64,000 nucleotides of DNA, taken from the NCBI RefSeq assembly GCF_024521635.1, contig NW_026250408.1, positions 248,001-312,000 of the forward strand, written 5' to 3'. The DNA is from Tricharina praecox (Eukaryota). Shown piece by piece: positions 34,543-47,781 of the stretch; the first letter of the stretch is position 1; each line of letters starts with the position of its first letter. The notes beneath the pieces were generated by a model. It made no database searches and was not told where the DNA came from. It worked only from the letters and a program-made list of their open reading frames with translations. A program made the position numbers and the translations under genes.

Positions 34543-37500
34543 AAACCGGAGCAATGGATAGATATGGAGTATGAGTTGGCGAGATGAGCAATTGTTCATC
34601 CGTCACTATGTTATGTAGCTATGAGGTTCGCTCGCGATGAGCGGAGCGAGTGATATCGGAAAAGCTTCGAGAACGGCTTTGTCTCCGCAAAACGTGGGGT
34701 GGTATGTGGTCAGCAAGCATGATTTGCGGTATATAATTCCTTTACTCTGTCGTCCTTCCTTTTTGTCTGTATGTTTGTTTACGAGAAAAGCATTAAACAC
34801 GGCGGAAGCCTGAAGGCCATCATCATCTATAAATAGAATCTGAATTTTCAAGAGCTGTAGTAGAAGTTACGGAGAAGTTAGAACATTTGTTAGGTATCTG
34901 ACCAACGATCTTTCACAAGCCTCAAACATCATCATATGTACTCGGGTGCAAGGGTAAGTGGTGCACCCCATCAGGCACCATTGGTAATGGTGATGGTGCA
35001 CGACTTTCCCTCACACCCGAGTACCAACACTTGGCAGCCAAGTACCTGGGCAGTTAAAGATCTGATCAGTTAGCTTCCAGGCTGACTGACGACTTGCCCG
35101 TGCTCCGATCCGATTCGATACTACAAGTATACCAACCCCTGGTCCGTGAATTGGTAGATTCATGGAATGAAGCTCGGAGAGTCGGAGCCTCGGAGGTCCC
35201 ATCTTGATTCATGGCCCTTCCTTCGAGCCCCGGTGATCCCTCTGTCTTCTGGGTTGGAAACTACGGTAGTTACGAGTGCTGTTGACGGGCCTTTACGCGG
35301 CCAAAAGCTCCCGCGTTATTCAGTCGTAAACTCCAGCTCAGCTACAGTGTCCCCAACGCGCCCCGGAATCTTTGGCCAGTCAGACGAGTGTTCTGCCGGT
35401 CGACGACTCGGCGGCACAGGATGCTCAGGCTTGAAGTACTACAGCATGCCTGGCTATTGGATGAAAGCCTGGAAGGCCTAAGTGCTTTTTTTGCATACAT
35501 AGGTACATACGAGCTGAAGTCATCCAACAACTGTGCACCTTGAAAATAAAAGGACACGAACAAGGTTGAATCCTACCCGCACATGCACGGATGCCAGCCA
35601 GAGGCGTGCTTGCTTTGCTCTGGACGACATCGAATGACTACCGCAGTCGAAATGGTCGCGTGTGTCATGGATACGAACCCCCCCTTGTAAATGGTACCAT
35701 ATGGAGCCCAGCCATTGATTGCGTATGTAGCACCGTGCTGTGAGCAATCCTTCGCTGCTTCTGCGCTTGCTGCAGCGGTACGTTGCGGGCGGGGAAGGGG
35801 GATCCTTGACTGTACGTCTATTTACAGTTTCCAGGGCTACGTACAGCAGAACCTGGGACGCCTGGATTACCCCGGACTCCCAGAGGAGTCAGAGACGCAG
35901 GCAAGCGTAGAGAAAGCCCCCACCGAAGCGGGACCACACAGTCACGACAAGATGTACGGTGATAGGTTGATAGGTACGACCAACCGTAGCCTGCAGCGGG
36001 GATGCCACATGCGCAAGATCGACGATTTGGATGCCGGGAGGTCGAGGGGCCGTGTTCGTGTATGCTGCTCCGAGTTTCCTTCCCGAGGATCGTGTCGTTT
36101 CCACTGGTTGAAACTTCGGCTGCAACATTGGCGGGGTAATAGAGATACCATCATTTCTCACAAACGATGCAGCTAACCATAAGCCTAAGACCCGACGCTG
36201 TTTGCTGGGGGTCGACTCTCGAGCACCTTCTCTATCACCATTGGGCCGTATGTACGGTGCGGTAGCTGGAGCCTGGGATCGCGAAATGAGGCGGTAAAAA
36301 CGAGACCGTTCATAGCACCGAGATCCTCCAGTAGGAAGGAAGGTAGTCTCGATCTCGTGATGCTCGGGCAAGACCATCCAATAGCAAAAATGAAGGGCGG
36401 GGGCGGACTTTAAGCACCGATCATCAATTCGCGATGCTCGGCCATCGACTGCACTCTACTAATATATCATGCCTACTGGTTGACTAGTAGACATACGTCA
36501 TTCTCAGGTCGATTTTCGTCTGATGTTCTGCAAACGACGACCGTCTGCCCCTAATTCATTCACTTGGATCGCGATGTCTTGGGTTCATACGGTTCGAGCG
36601 GATTTAATCTCTCTCAAGAAAACGACTCGACGCTGTGGGTTGAAGCTGGATTTAAATGTTTCTGAGGCTTGAGCTTCCATGGCGGTACTCTACATATCTA
36701 CCGGTATCAAACGTGGAACTCCCGAAGCTTTGCATATCCCGTTGCGGTACATACCTACATGGTACTATAGGTAGCTGCGTGAGAATCACACCTGCATGGG
36801 GAAGTGTTGAGTGAGTTTTGAGTGTTGAGTCTGCGAGTCTGCCTTCAGGGCCAATCGCTTCTCCATGCTCGGAAAGAATACCTGTACTGTAGTGAAGTGC
36901 TCGACGGTGTGTGCGCCGAGGCACTTTTTTTTGCGGACATCGGGAGAGGCCGGGAAAGGCTCGACAGCTGAAAGGATGAAAATCGTCGAGGTCCGTATCG
37001 TCCACGAAGTCTTCACCGCAAGCCACGGGAGCGGTTGTGCGTTGGCTTTCGGGACGTTTCATGGACTTTTGCAAAGCTGTAGTTACATACTGTAGCCTGT
37101 AGGTATACTCAGAACTGACTCCTGAGTTTTCTCCATGCTTCTTCTTCTTCTTCGTACTCTTGTGAACCGGCAGACTGCATGCAAAAAATCTCCAAAAAAC
37201 AACATATCAACTTACATAGTGGCTGCACGATTATATTTTCCTTGCTACAGGATCGCTATATAATATAACCACACTACCTATTACACCTACCGAACCATTT
37301 ATCTGCCGATTAATATGCAATGCATCATGCTACATATGAGCTGCAAGAGAAGTATGTAAGTACTTACCTTGCACCTATGTAACTACCAAGTGGGACTGTC
37401 GACTGGGCTCCCTTCCCGACACTCTACCTACCTACCTACCCCCTCTTCCCCTCTGAGCCTGTGGACGATCCCAACATACCTTGTACCTAAGTTTTGGCCC

Positions 37501-39061
37501 GTCGAAACACTCCGTTTAAGCCAGGCCGGGGCGATCGGAGGACAGATATCACTGAACATGAGCAGTGAGCATACAAACGGCCTAGTTACGGGCCTCACAA
37601 TACCCCCCCACCCACAGTAGGTAGTAAGTTCGCAAAATCGCCGAGGCTTTCGGATTGCTCATATGTAGCTTACCTATTATTCAGGCTATTACCCAGGGGG
37701 ACGACACGTCACAAAGGGCGAATTTTACACGTTGCTGCCGGCCCGGCCGTACTCCACTACATCAAACGGCTGCGCCCATGAATAGTAGGTATAGTAGTCC
37801 GACCCCCGCGGTTTTTGCAGGGTGAGGCTTTCGACTCTTTGAGGGACCCTCCCCCCCGATGTGCTCTGGAAAGAAAGGCCATTCGTCTTTCCACCTCACC
37901 TCACCGAGTCCAAAGTAAGTACTCTATCGATCATACTCTGTTCTAGTGGGTGTGTACGTTCTGTCCGAGCGGAGTGTTGAATGCTTTATTTATTGACTGT
38001 CGGATAGATAGAAGAGCCCCCATCTAATACACTATTGCCAGATGGAATGGATGGACGGGCAATCTCTTTGCACTTCACAGGCCCTTTTCTATCCATCTTC
38101 ACTGCTCAACCACACAACCGGGGGACACCACGGGGACACCACCTTCGGCCGGGCGGCCGGCCATCATTCATTCATTGTGCGTATGTATGTACCGTCCAGC
38201 AGGAAAGCCTTGACGGAGGGCTTGTTCGGGTTATTTCGTTTCGTTTGGACAGCAATAAATGGATGAGGTCGTCGTTTGAAGCTTGATTCCGGTACATACC
38301 GTTCGAGGGCCTTCTTTTTTTGAGTGATGAGCTTCTTCACGACCTGTGTCCGTTGTCGGCTTTCCAAGGAAAGGAAAAGTATCCATCACCGTACCTATCA
38401 CCGTATCGACTCTCGGGTACCTAGCCGGCTGGCGGGCAGGGAGCATCGTGTGTTCAACTTGCGGTACGCACCGCGAGTACATAGCAAACTCGTTCTCGAG
38501 CAGATCTTTCCGTCGAGATCCCAGGACTACCGTACCTATCCATTGCTTTCGCCCGTGTGTGTATGCTTCAATGGGTATGATGGCGAATGATGGCGACGCT
38601 GTACATACTGATTTCAATCACAGCAAGTGCCATCCGACTTCCACCAACCCAGACAGAACGTTTGGCCAACTCCGGGATTGTTGATTTTTTTTTCTTCAGG
38701 TGCGCCGGCGATTCGGTGATGGTGGCTGGCACTGTCTGACTGAATGCCCGTTGTTGCATAGACAAGCTAGTAGCTGTAGGGGCCGTGCCGATGTCTGGGA
38801 CGTGGAACGAGATTGGGCGGTTCTACTCTACTCTATGATGATCCGGATTCGTTCGCTAGATGAGTCCTAACTAGTTCACGAAGATGTTGGGAGCTAACGG
38901 AAAAGAAGCCCAGCACATACATACCCAACCTCTCACGATCTTTGGCCGGGATGGCGTCCCTAGGATTTGCCCACATGCTCCGGAGAGTACTAGTATTGCA
39001 GAGACGACGTCTCCAGCACTAGGTATGTAGTATGACTCCATTCCTGTTGCTTGTGAAGAAT

Positions 39062-39130
39062 TTCCTTTCCTTCCTTTCCTTCCTTTCCTTCCTTTCCTTC
39101 CTTTCCTTCCTTTCCTTCCTTTCCTTCCTT
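39062..39130. repeat. (TTCCTTTCC)n polypyrimidine array, ~7.5 copies
   Basis: Read directly. Confidence 0.9.
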
Positions 39131-42100
39131 GCCAGCATGGATACCTATCTGACTGTTGTTTTCATAGTAGAGGAGTACCCTGAAGAAATCGATGTTTTTA
39201 GCTCGCAGGTGCTACTGAGTTAGGGCGAGTCCAACGTTTGCACGTGCGCCCTAACTGCCTATTACGTATGCCTGGCGTTGCAGTTCTTAACCCCCTCCCC
39301 CCCAATGCCCACTCCTCCCAGGCCCTTCCCTTTCATCCATCTCGACACCGTCCATCCCCTCAGTTACCACCGTTCCCCGGACGGCCGAGGAGAGGAGAAA
39401 AGAGAAAAGAGAAGACGGACGCCCTATGAGCACGAGTCATACGACAGATGTGCACGTGGAGTCTGGAGATGCACTCATCTACCACCTATAGCTTCACCAT
39501 GTTTTCCAGGATCGGGGGCCAATATCGTACCGTACCTACCATGAATCTTCGGCTTCGGCTTTTCATACGCGTTCGGGAAAGCTTCTACCTACCTAGGTGG
39601 CTTGATTGGGTTGGGATCATCGAATGAGCTGGCCACTGGTTGCCTGTCTGGCTTTCGAGGAGCATCATCCGAGAAATCCTACCGTACTGCAGGAAACTGC
39701 CCACTCGGAAAACATGCGAGTCTACCTACCTGGGTATGCTATATGAGCCAGCCCCTCCAGATATAACATTATTCCCCCCAGCGGCGTAACAGCCCAAACC
39801 GGTCACTGGTCACTGTCTTGGTGGCGCAACCCATACCTACCTGATGGATGCATTCCGATGATGGCGATGGCAACGGACCGCCGCCAACACCACCAAGAGG
39901 TTCAGATTAGCAAGTAATCGAAGCGGATAGATGGGTGGCAAGTGTGGTCGGAGCACAGCCTTTGTGCAATTCCTTCGGGCTTTCCTTCCTTCTTTGTTAG
40001 CATTACGCATTCCCAGAGAGTCACAGGAAGTGGCGTTTTCATGCACTCATCCACTCACTTATATAAGGGCAGCCTGTTCCCCTTCGCCCCTCGCCCTCAC
40101 CCTCGCCCTCGTCCTCAGCTTTCCAAAGCTTCCCACCGATTCGGAGGCCTCGCAATGGTACCTCCCGGCTATGAGCGGACGACACTTGAGATGGACACGA
40201 GACCACCGGCTCCTCACGCACCGTACCCTACGCAAACAAAGCATCTCCAGCATCTCCAGCATCTCCCGCATCTCCGGGAAATTCGATTCCAGGGCTGGCG
40301 GGCGGAAAGGGCGGAAAGGGCGTGATTCGCATCGATGATCGGTCCCAAGGCAGCTGGTTTGGGTTTGGGTTTTGCCCCCTGGTGGCGGCGGCGGTGGGGG
40401 TTGGGGGCTGGTTACGGTGTATGGACGCAGTAACGCAGTAACGTCGACGTCGACGTCGGCGAACACATCCGCATGCATCCAGGCGTGTGGTTCTCGTTCT
40501 CGGCAGGGCGGACCTCGTCTCGCATTGCATCGCATAGCACAGCGGTGAGAGCCCAGTGCAGTGGGGTCGCGCTCATCGGCGTTCATACTCTACATTCGCC
40601 ACCAATGCTATGTGTGAGGCTGCGCCTCAGATCGGCAGACAACGGCCGGGTCAATCAGACGGAATCGGCCCGAGACGATGACTGCACCCCTGTACCCCTG
40701 TCGGGTGTCAGCTGACACATCCCCGCCGAAACGAAACAAATCTCTGACACCGTCCGTGCACCGAATATCAGCGGGAAATACTTTCATTTTCCACGGCCAT
40801 TCGTCCACGGAAAGTGGAGCGGAAATTAATAAGAGAAAGGGAGATGAAGAGGATGATGAAGCTTCGCAATTTCGGCGTTCTCGGTGGCTATTAAGATGGA
40901 GATTGAGATTGTTTGTTCTACGGCCTACGACCGGCAAGCTGGCACATCAATACTCTACTCTACTATACACTGACGGAAAATCAAGCTCACCTCGACAGAA
41001 TCCATCCATCCAAACATCCATCCAAACATCCATCCAAACATCTGGTCTGGCGGTCAGGCGATACTAGCATATTTCGTTATTCGTCCTTTTCGTGGAGCAT
41101 TCCATTCCATTCATTCCTCACGCTCCCATGTGCATACCTAGATGATAGCTAACGGACCGTCGGGATCCAAGAACCAGGATTCAAGAACCTCTCCGTGGAA
41201 TCGCCTCTTGCATCGCCACTCGCTCGTTTCTATTCCCTCCCACGAGTGTGCTAGGTACTTTATCGATACCATACCACCTATCGTCCCTCGTCCCTCTCCC
41301 TCGTCGTCGGTGCCGGCCCTGCTTCATGCGTCCTCGTCGTGTGTGTCTTGACGCCGGTCCCCTCGATTCTCGTGCACGTTGCCTACTTCGATGCCTCGCT
41401 CACGAGTCACCACTCGACACCGAAGCCTACCTAGAGTAGCTTACCGAGGTACTACATCGCACTGCTTGAAGCTCGGGTATACCATACTACACTCTACTAT
41501 CGGCCGGCCGGGCCCTACGGATTCAGGTTCACGGCAGCTCACCTGTCAGCTCACCCGCCAGTCCACCAGTCCGCCAGTCCGCCAGTCCATCATTCCGACA
41601 GTCCGTCAGTCCCTCACGGGTATCTATACAATATACAAAAACTCCCATTGCCCAATGCCCCGAGGACAATGCTCTTTATATTTAATTTTCTTAATGTATA
41701 GCCAGCCATATCCATATCCAAAACACCATGTACCCAAACCCCGATATCCAGATTCCAAACCTCCTGAAACGAAACGAAAAGCAAAACGAATAGCAAAACA
41801 AACAGTAAGCCAACCCAACCCAGGAACGACAAGCACATCAAAGCAGGGGAATCAAAGCAGGACAATCAAAGCAGCCCAATCGAAACAGTCAAGACGAAAC
41901 CCGCCAGCCAGCCTCCACGTCGGTAGACAACACAGGCATACAAAGGAAACTGAGGAATCTGAGGACGATTCCGCCCATGCACCACACCACCACACAACCA
42001 CCAGCCCATACAACATACACTCATAGGAAGGCAACCACGTCATCGAGAATAAACACGAATCAGCAAAACCACCAGAGCCAATATAAAAGGGAAAGAGTAG

Positions 42101-42583
42101 CAAATGACACAAAACGAAAAGACGGACTGAAGAAAAAAGCAGACAACACGGGAGGAAAAACTGTCGCACAAGAGCTATCAGCTAGAGAGCTCGCAAAAGA
42201 GAAGCCGGAAAGAAGCACATATCCACCCACTGCCAAAACAAAACAGAAAAAAAGAAAAGCATCCCACAGAAGGAAACATCAGACACGACAGACGGACAGA
42301 CGAAGCTCAAGGGTAGGAAGCCGGAACCGGAACAGAAAGACAGACAGACAACTACACTAACAGCATCCATCCCGCCCAGAACTGGAGACGTGATATGGGA
42401 ATGGGAAATGAGAAATGAAGCACAAGATTCGATCGAGGAATGGGAGGGGATGTGGGAACGTCCGGGTTGGGTTGGAGAGACCCGGCATCTGAGCAACAGA
42501 GAGAGAGAGAGAGAGATCATTTGCAAACGACGGAGGCGGACATGGACATGGACGATGGCGGCCGAGACGACATCGGAACGATG

Positions 42584-43351
42584 TCAGAAGTGCGAATTAA
42601 ACTCTGCAATCGCATCCAAAACCGCCGGCTTGACGAACGACGCCAGGCCTCCCATCCCTCCCATCCCACCCAAGCTGTAGGCAGCCTCACTGAACACCGC
42701 ATTACCAACGTAACAACAGCCATCACCGTAGTCGACTCCAGCATACTCGAGCTTTTCAAACTCGGCCGGGAACATCTTGCACACGGCGGGGTCGTCGAAT
42801 GCGCTGTCGTGGAAGAATACAGGTGGTGATCCTCTGTGGTATAGAGACTCATCGCGCGTCCATCTGCCGTGGTTGAGCTGCAAGAGGATTTCGTGGGTGG
42901 CGATTTCTAAGAGCGGTACGGGCTGGGGTGGTGGTGCTGGCTGTGCTGCTGGAGGTGGAGCTGGTGCTGGCTGTGCTGCTGGTGGTGGTGGTGGTGGTGG
43001 TGTGGGCGCGCGGTGTGCCGGTTCCGGTACGGTATCGTCCGTGGTGGTGGTGGTGGTGCCGGGTGCAGGACTACCGGGAGCGGCGTTGTCCGGCAGGACA
43101 GCCAGAATTGTCGCCGACGGTGCCGTCTTCACACCCATTATCCGACCAGCGACCGATACCGAAGCCACCGGGACCTCCGCAATCTTCGACGCCCCTCCCA
43201 CTTCCACTTCGGACGTGATATTGGTAGCGCGGCTCTGCAACGAGCCGAAGCTGCCGGTTTTGGGCGTGGTAGAGTCCGAGACGGAGATCTCCTTGTCATT
43301 GTCCTTCTCCGCCGTTTTCTGCTCACTGACATAGAGGGCGCGTTGAACCAT
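42584..43351 (-). CDS. 255-aa orphan protein, Pro/Thr-rich middle, ordered C-terminal region ending VLDAIAEFNSHF
   Basis: ATG in ATCATGG context, uninterrupted ORF, protein-like C-terminal half (LLEIATHEILLQLNHGRW...VFFHDSAFDDPAVCKMFPAEFEK). Confidence 0.65.
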   Translation of the reverse strand: MVQRALYVSEQKTAEKDNDKEISVSDSTTPKTGSFGSLQSRATNITSEVEVGGASKIAEVPVASVSVAGRIMGVKTAPSATILAVLPDNAAPGSPAPGTTTTTTDDTVPEPAHRAPTPPPPPPPAAQPAPAPPPAAQPAPPPQPVPLLEIATHEILLQLNHGRWTRDESLYHRGSPPVFFHDSAFDDPAVCKMFPAEFEKLEYAGVDYGDGCCYVGNAVFSEAAYSLGGMGGMGGLASFVKPAVLDAIAEFNSHF

Positions 43352-43622
43352 GATTAATGATTGAATTGCGGGCTAGTTACAGATGGACGGATCGGACTAC
43401 GACTTCACGGCACAGGTAGAACTTGACGGCCAGAGCAGGGCTGTCGCTTCCTTCCTTCCTGGACGCAAAGATGCACGGTCTCACGGTCCCTACGGTCCTC
43501 ACGGCGCCGACGAAGTGTGGTACAGGGATGGGATGTAACTAGAGTAGCGATCCGATCGGTCGCCGGGTTCGAAACCGCCGGATGCAAAACGAGCGCGTAG
43601 TGCGCAGCGGGTAGCTAAGGAC

Positions 43623-43724
43623 GCTGTGTCCGAGCTGTGTCCGAGCTGTGTCCGAGCTGTGTCCGAGCTGTGTCCGAGCTGTGTCCGAGCTGTGTCCGAG
43701 CTGTGTCCGAGCTGTGTCCGAGCT
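43623..43724. repeat. (GCTGTGTCCGA)n 11-mer minisatellite, 9 copies
   Basis: Perfect tandem array; it generates the spurious SELCPSCVRAV ORFs. Confidence 0.95.
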
Positions 43725-46700
43725 TCACCACACCACATCACCATCAGCGACGTTACGTTATGTTGCATCACGGAGTGCAGGAGAAGAAAGAAAAAAGAAT
43801 TGGGGGCGTACATACAGATACAAGTGCGACCGGCAAAGGCAACAGCAAAAGCTCCCAGCCAAAAAGGTTCCGATCTACCAACAGCGCACAAAGGTGGCGG
43901 ATTGTTCACGGTGTGTAGGTACTCTATCTTGCTTCCTTCGGACTACGGTATCGAGCGAAAAACGTCGTGAAACGTCGCGAAAGACGGGCAACCACTCGAC
44001 GCGACCGAGGAATTATTTGATTGCGGGCTATGGAAACGGGTTCTTGAATCGTTCCTTTGGCGACGGAAAGGGAGGGGCGTGGTTGTTGTGGGGTTGCTCT
44101 GGAACGAGGTGGATGCACTGGATGGATGGATGGGTGTAGGCTGGTAGGCAGGGTGGAACACAAGCGAGGCGAGAAGGCGAGGTGAGGTGGGAATTGGTGA
44201 ACTGGCTGGGAATACGTTGGCATGGAAGCTTTACTCGCCGTCAATCTCACTGTTCAACTGAAGATGGAGAAGAAGGAGAAGAGGAAGAAGAAGAAAAAGG
44301 AAAAGAACAAGAAAAAGAAGCAGCAGATGGCAGATGGCAGACGACACACGAGGCTTCTCATACCTTTCACAAGCAGGGACGATATGCGACGAAAGGCCGG
44401 GCGGGGACTCGCAGTGTGGAGAGCGATTAGTCGGATCGACTGGTGTCGGAGGCAAGAATTGGCGGGCATGCCGGGCATTTTATGATTTTTGGATTGCAAC
44501 GGAGCCGGGGTGAAAGCCGGCATCGTCAGGCGGCTCTCGATGATTGGAAGGAACATTGTGGGATCTAAGTGCGCACTTAAGACTCCAGACGGTGGTGGCT
44601 CCGCGAACGTGTGTTGGCATAGGTACCTACGGATGGGCTCAGCGAGGATCGATCTACTGACTCGCTTGATGTGAGTCGGAAGCGCCGCATCAACCTGGCC
44701 CGACTCGACACCCGCGGCATTATGTCCACGGGATAAAAGGCATTCGGGTGCTTCTATACATACTGTCGGCTTCAATACACCATTTTGCTCTTATGGCCGC
44801 GAGTTGCAATGGCGTCGTGGATCCAGTTCCTCACCACCTTCTCCGTCTGCCCTACCTGAGTACTCACTGCATAGCACACCTACCGGTATAGTAGAGTACG
44901 TAGCGAACTGGCGTCCTTCTAGCGACGCAGCCATTCGATCTTCCATCCGGCAACCATCACTCACTCACCCACCAACCCCCTCACATACCCCCCGAGCCCC
45001 CGCCGCCCTGCTTCGAGCGGAAGAAAAATGGGATTCTATTTCACGAGAACACAAGCCAGACGATGCTTCTGATTGGCGAAACCTAACACCGCCTGCTGCC
45101 AGGGTTGTTGCCCATAGATCCCCACTGACTCACGAATATGTACATCGGATACGGATGGAGTAGCCTTTTACGGCCACGACAGGCGCTACAGGAGCCCATC
45201 GACACCTTGAAAACTTGTTTTTTTCTTCTGTCTTCGTTTGCCCGTTCGATACCTCAAGGTCGCGGATCGGGTCTGGAAAATCACAGATCGAAAGCGCAGC
45301 GTTGCGGCGAAGAAAGAATCTCGTCCTGCTTCCGTTTCTTTTTGTGGAATACTCGAAGTCCAAGCGAGTTGCTCCATGTAACATGTACTCGTTGCCTTGC
45401 CCAGCCAATCTACATCTACCATCTACCTTCTCCACGCTGAGCTTCCGAACGAGTGGGGCAAAATCCGTGCAGGACTGCCAGCCAGCCAATCCACGTTCGC
45501 GTACCTAAATTTATGCTATTCGATTATTGTTCGCGCTCCCAATAACACTCGCATCTAATATCCGCGAGATCTTTGCAACTCCTACTCCTACATCTAGATT
45601 CCAACTTCTTGATTTCCCTGTTCTGACGGAATCCGCGACAATCCTATCTGCAGATACCTATTTATCAGGCGTGCCCGACCGACCGACCACATCGACTTTC
45701 TCTGTCTAATATTCGTTCCTACACAACTCCACTCTGCGCGTCGCCTTGGCATCCCATACCGCACCTATGCTACCGTATCGCCATCACATGTGTGTCGCCG
45801 CGACCGCGACCGGCCCCCAGCCTCAAGTGGAGCGGGATCGTCAATGGTCATCTCCCCTGGACCCTGGAGACCTCTGCTGCGAGCATGTTGCCAGCGTCGA
45901 CGGTTGAGTGGTTGAGTGGATCACGTCTGTTTCTGTTTCTTTCTTCTTCTTCTTTTCCCCCACCCGCGCGGTATTATTGTACATACTGGATCGGTCTGTC
46001 GGCAATATATCTATGTAGCGGTCGTCGTACACGCACGCACTCACATTCGCTGCGAGCCTCCGACAACACCAGCCCCAGCCTCGTCTTCTACCGTACTCTA
46101 GTGCTGCAGATGTGTGTCTGTCTATCTGTCTGGCCGTGTGTGCTACTATCATAGGTTTCGAAAGTCCGAAACAGCCTAGGTAATTAGCGGTCTCCGTGCT
46201 TGTTTGATCCGCGTGTAGCCGTCGTTGTGCGGACTTCTCTCCCTCTTTCTCAGCCCGTCGAGTCGGAATGCTGCGTTAAACGGCCGGAAGGCGTGGGCGA
46301 CACCTACCTGCAGATTTTGGCGGCGCCGGAAGCGCAGTCGTTCCGTCGGTGCATGCCCCGCAGACGCCCTGCGGAAATGAAAACCGTCATCACGAGCTGC
46401 TGTGATGCCCTGCAGATGGAGGTATGTACAAACGACGCCGATCCAGGTCGCCGGGCTGGGCTCATGGAGTATTGTACAGAGGCAACTGCGGGCCTGCGGC
46501 GGGGTCCCCGCATATTACTTACGCATATATATCGTCCGGACAGACCGGGGAAGCAGTCGGGGAGTGTGGAGTGTGGAGTTTGCTGCCCGTTGGGTTCGCT
46601 TCCCCTTATCCGACCGGCCATCCGGGGAGGGAACGGTCGTTGATGGATGGATGCATGGGATGGCTGGCGTTGCGAGTTGCGGGATCAAGATAAGCACGCC

Positions 46701-47781
46701 TATGTCAGCACTGTATGTATGGGGAAGGGGAGGGTATGGGGTGCATTGGGTTCGCCAGGTTCGCCGGGCCATATCGACTTCGACGTCGACTGCATCCGGC
46801 CGCCGGCGCGGTGCAATAGCCTGTTTTGGCCCTTGGGGGATCGGCGGGGGAAGTAATGGGTGGGAAAGCTGGGGAATGATATATCGGAAGATGGTCGCCG
46901 ATGCTGCCTCTTCATAGTCCCCGTCTCCTACATATAGCTTATATTACGCATGGTTGCGCGTTCTTCAGCATCATCATCCGTCAGCACAGCTTCAGATTGA
47001 TTATATTGCCTGATGCCTGAAGATACGCAAGGCTTCACCGAGCGCGGGCTGTTAGCTCGCCGACTAGACCGGCCGCTGGTCACTGGTGGCTGTTTATCCA
47101 TTTAGCTGCTGATCGTCCGGCTCTCGTCGTTTTTCGCTTACCGCCGCGACGACGATGCTCATCCCGTTGCGACTTTGGCACCCCTCCCCGGTCGTGCTAC
47201 TTATTCCCGACTGGTATTAGCGCCACACTCACGCGACCATCTCCGAAAACCACCTCTCCCCGCCCCTGCCCCCTTTGCGACACCATCACCACCGTTCAAG
47301 AGTACCTCCATGCTCACTTTTGTGCGCACTCGACATGGCAGCGGACGACTGTACATTCGAGCACTGTCGTCATGCCCGCAATCGTTGGTAGGCTGAACAA
47401 CTTCCTGCAGGCCAAATCCAGCACAGCCATCCACCTGCGCCCCGAAAGAAATAGGTAGCATGGCGAGCACACTGTGGACTGCTTAAACGTCGCCGTCCCG
47501 GCTGGCATCGCCGTTTCCCTTCCTTTTCCCCTTCGATGCCCTATCTATCTTCTTGCCTACGCCCCCAGAACTACACCGGACAATCTGCACTCAAGCTACC
47601 TAGCCGTTCAACTGCACTCGACGTCTTCGCGAAAGAACATCCACTTGTGGCACGCCACCATCTGCACTCTCCACGTCGGCAATCAGGCGGAGCTCTCCCC
47701 CGGACCCGGATCCAGGCCATTCCCTGAGCGGCGTCATCGCGTCTCGTGCTGGAGCATCCATCCGAGCAGCTGCACTTCAAC

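Noticed and set aside
43626..43970. Cys-repeat ORFs (SELCPSCVRAV)n resembling metallothionein or RING fragments
   Set aside because: Produced in every frame by an 11-bp, non-triplet minisatellite.
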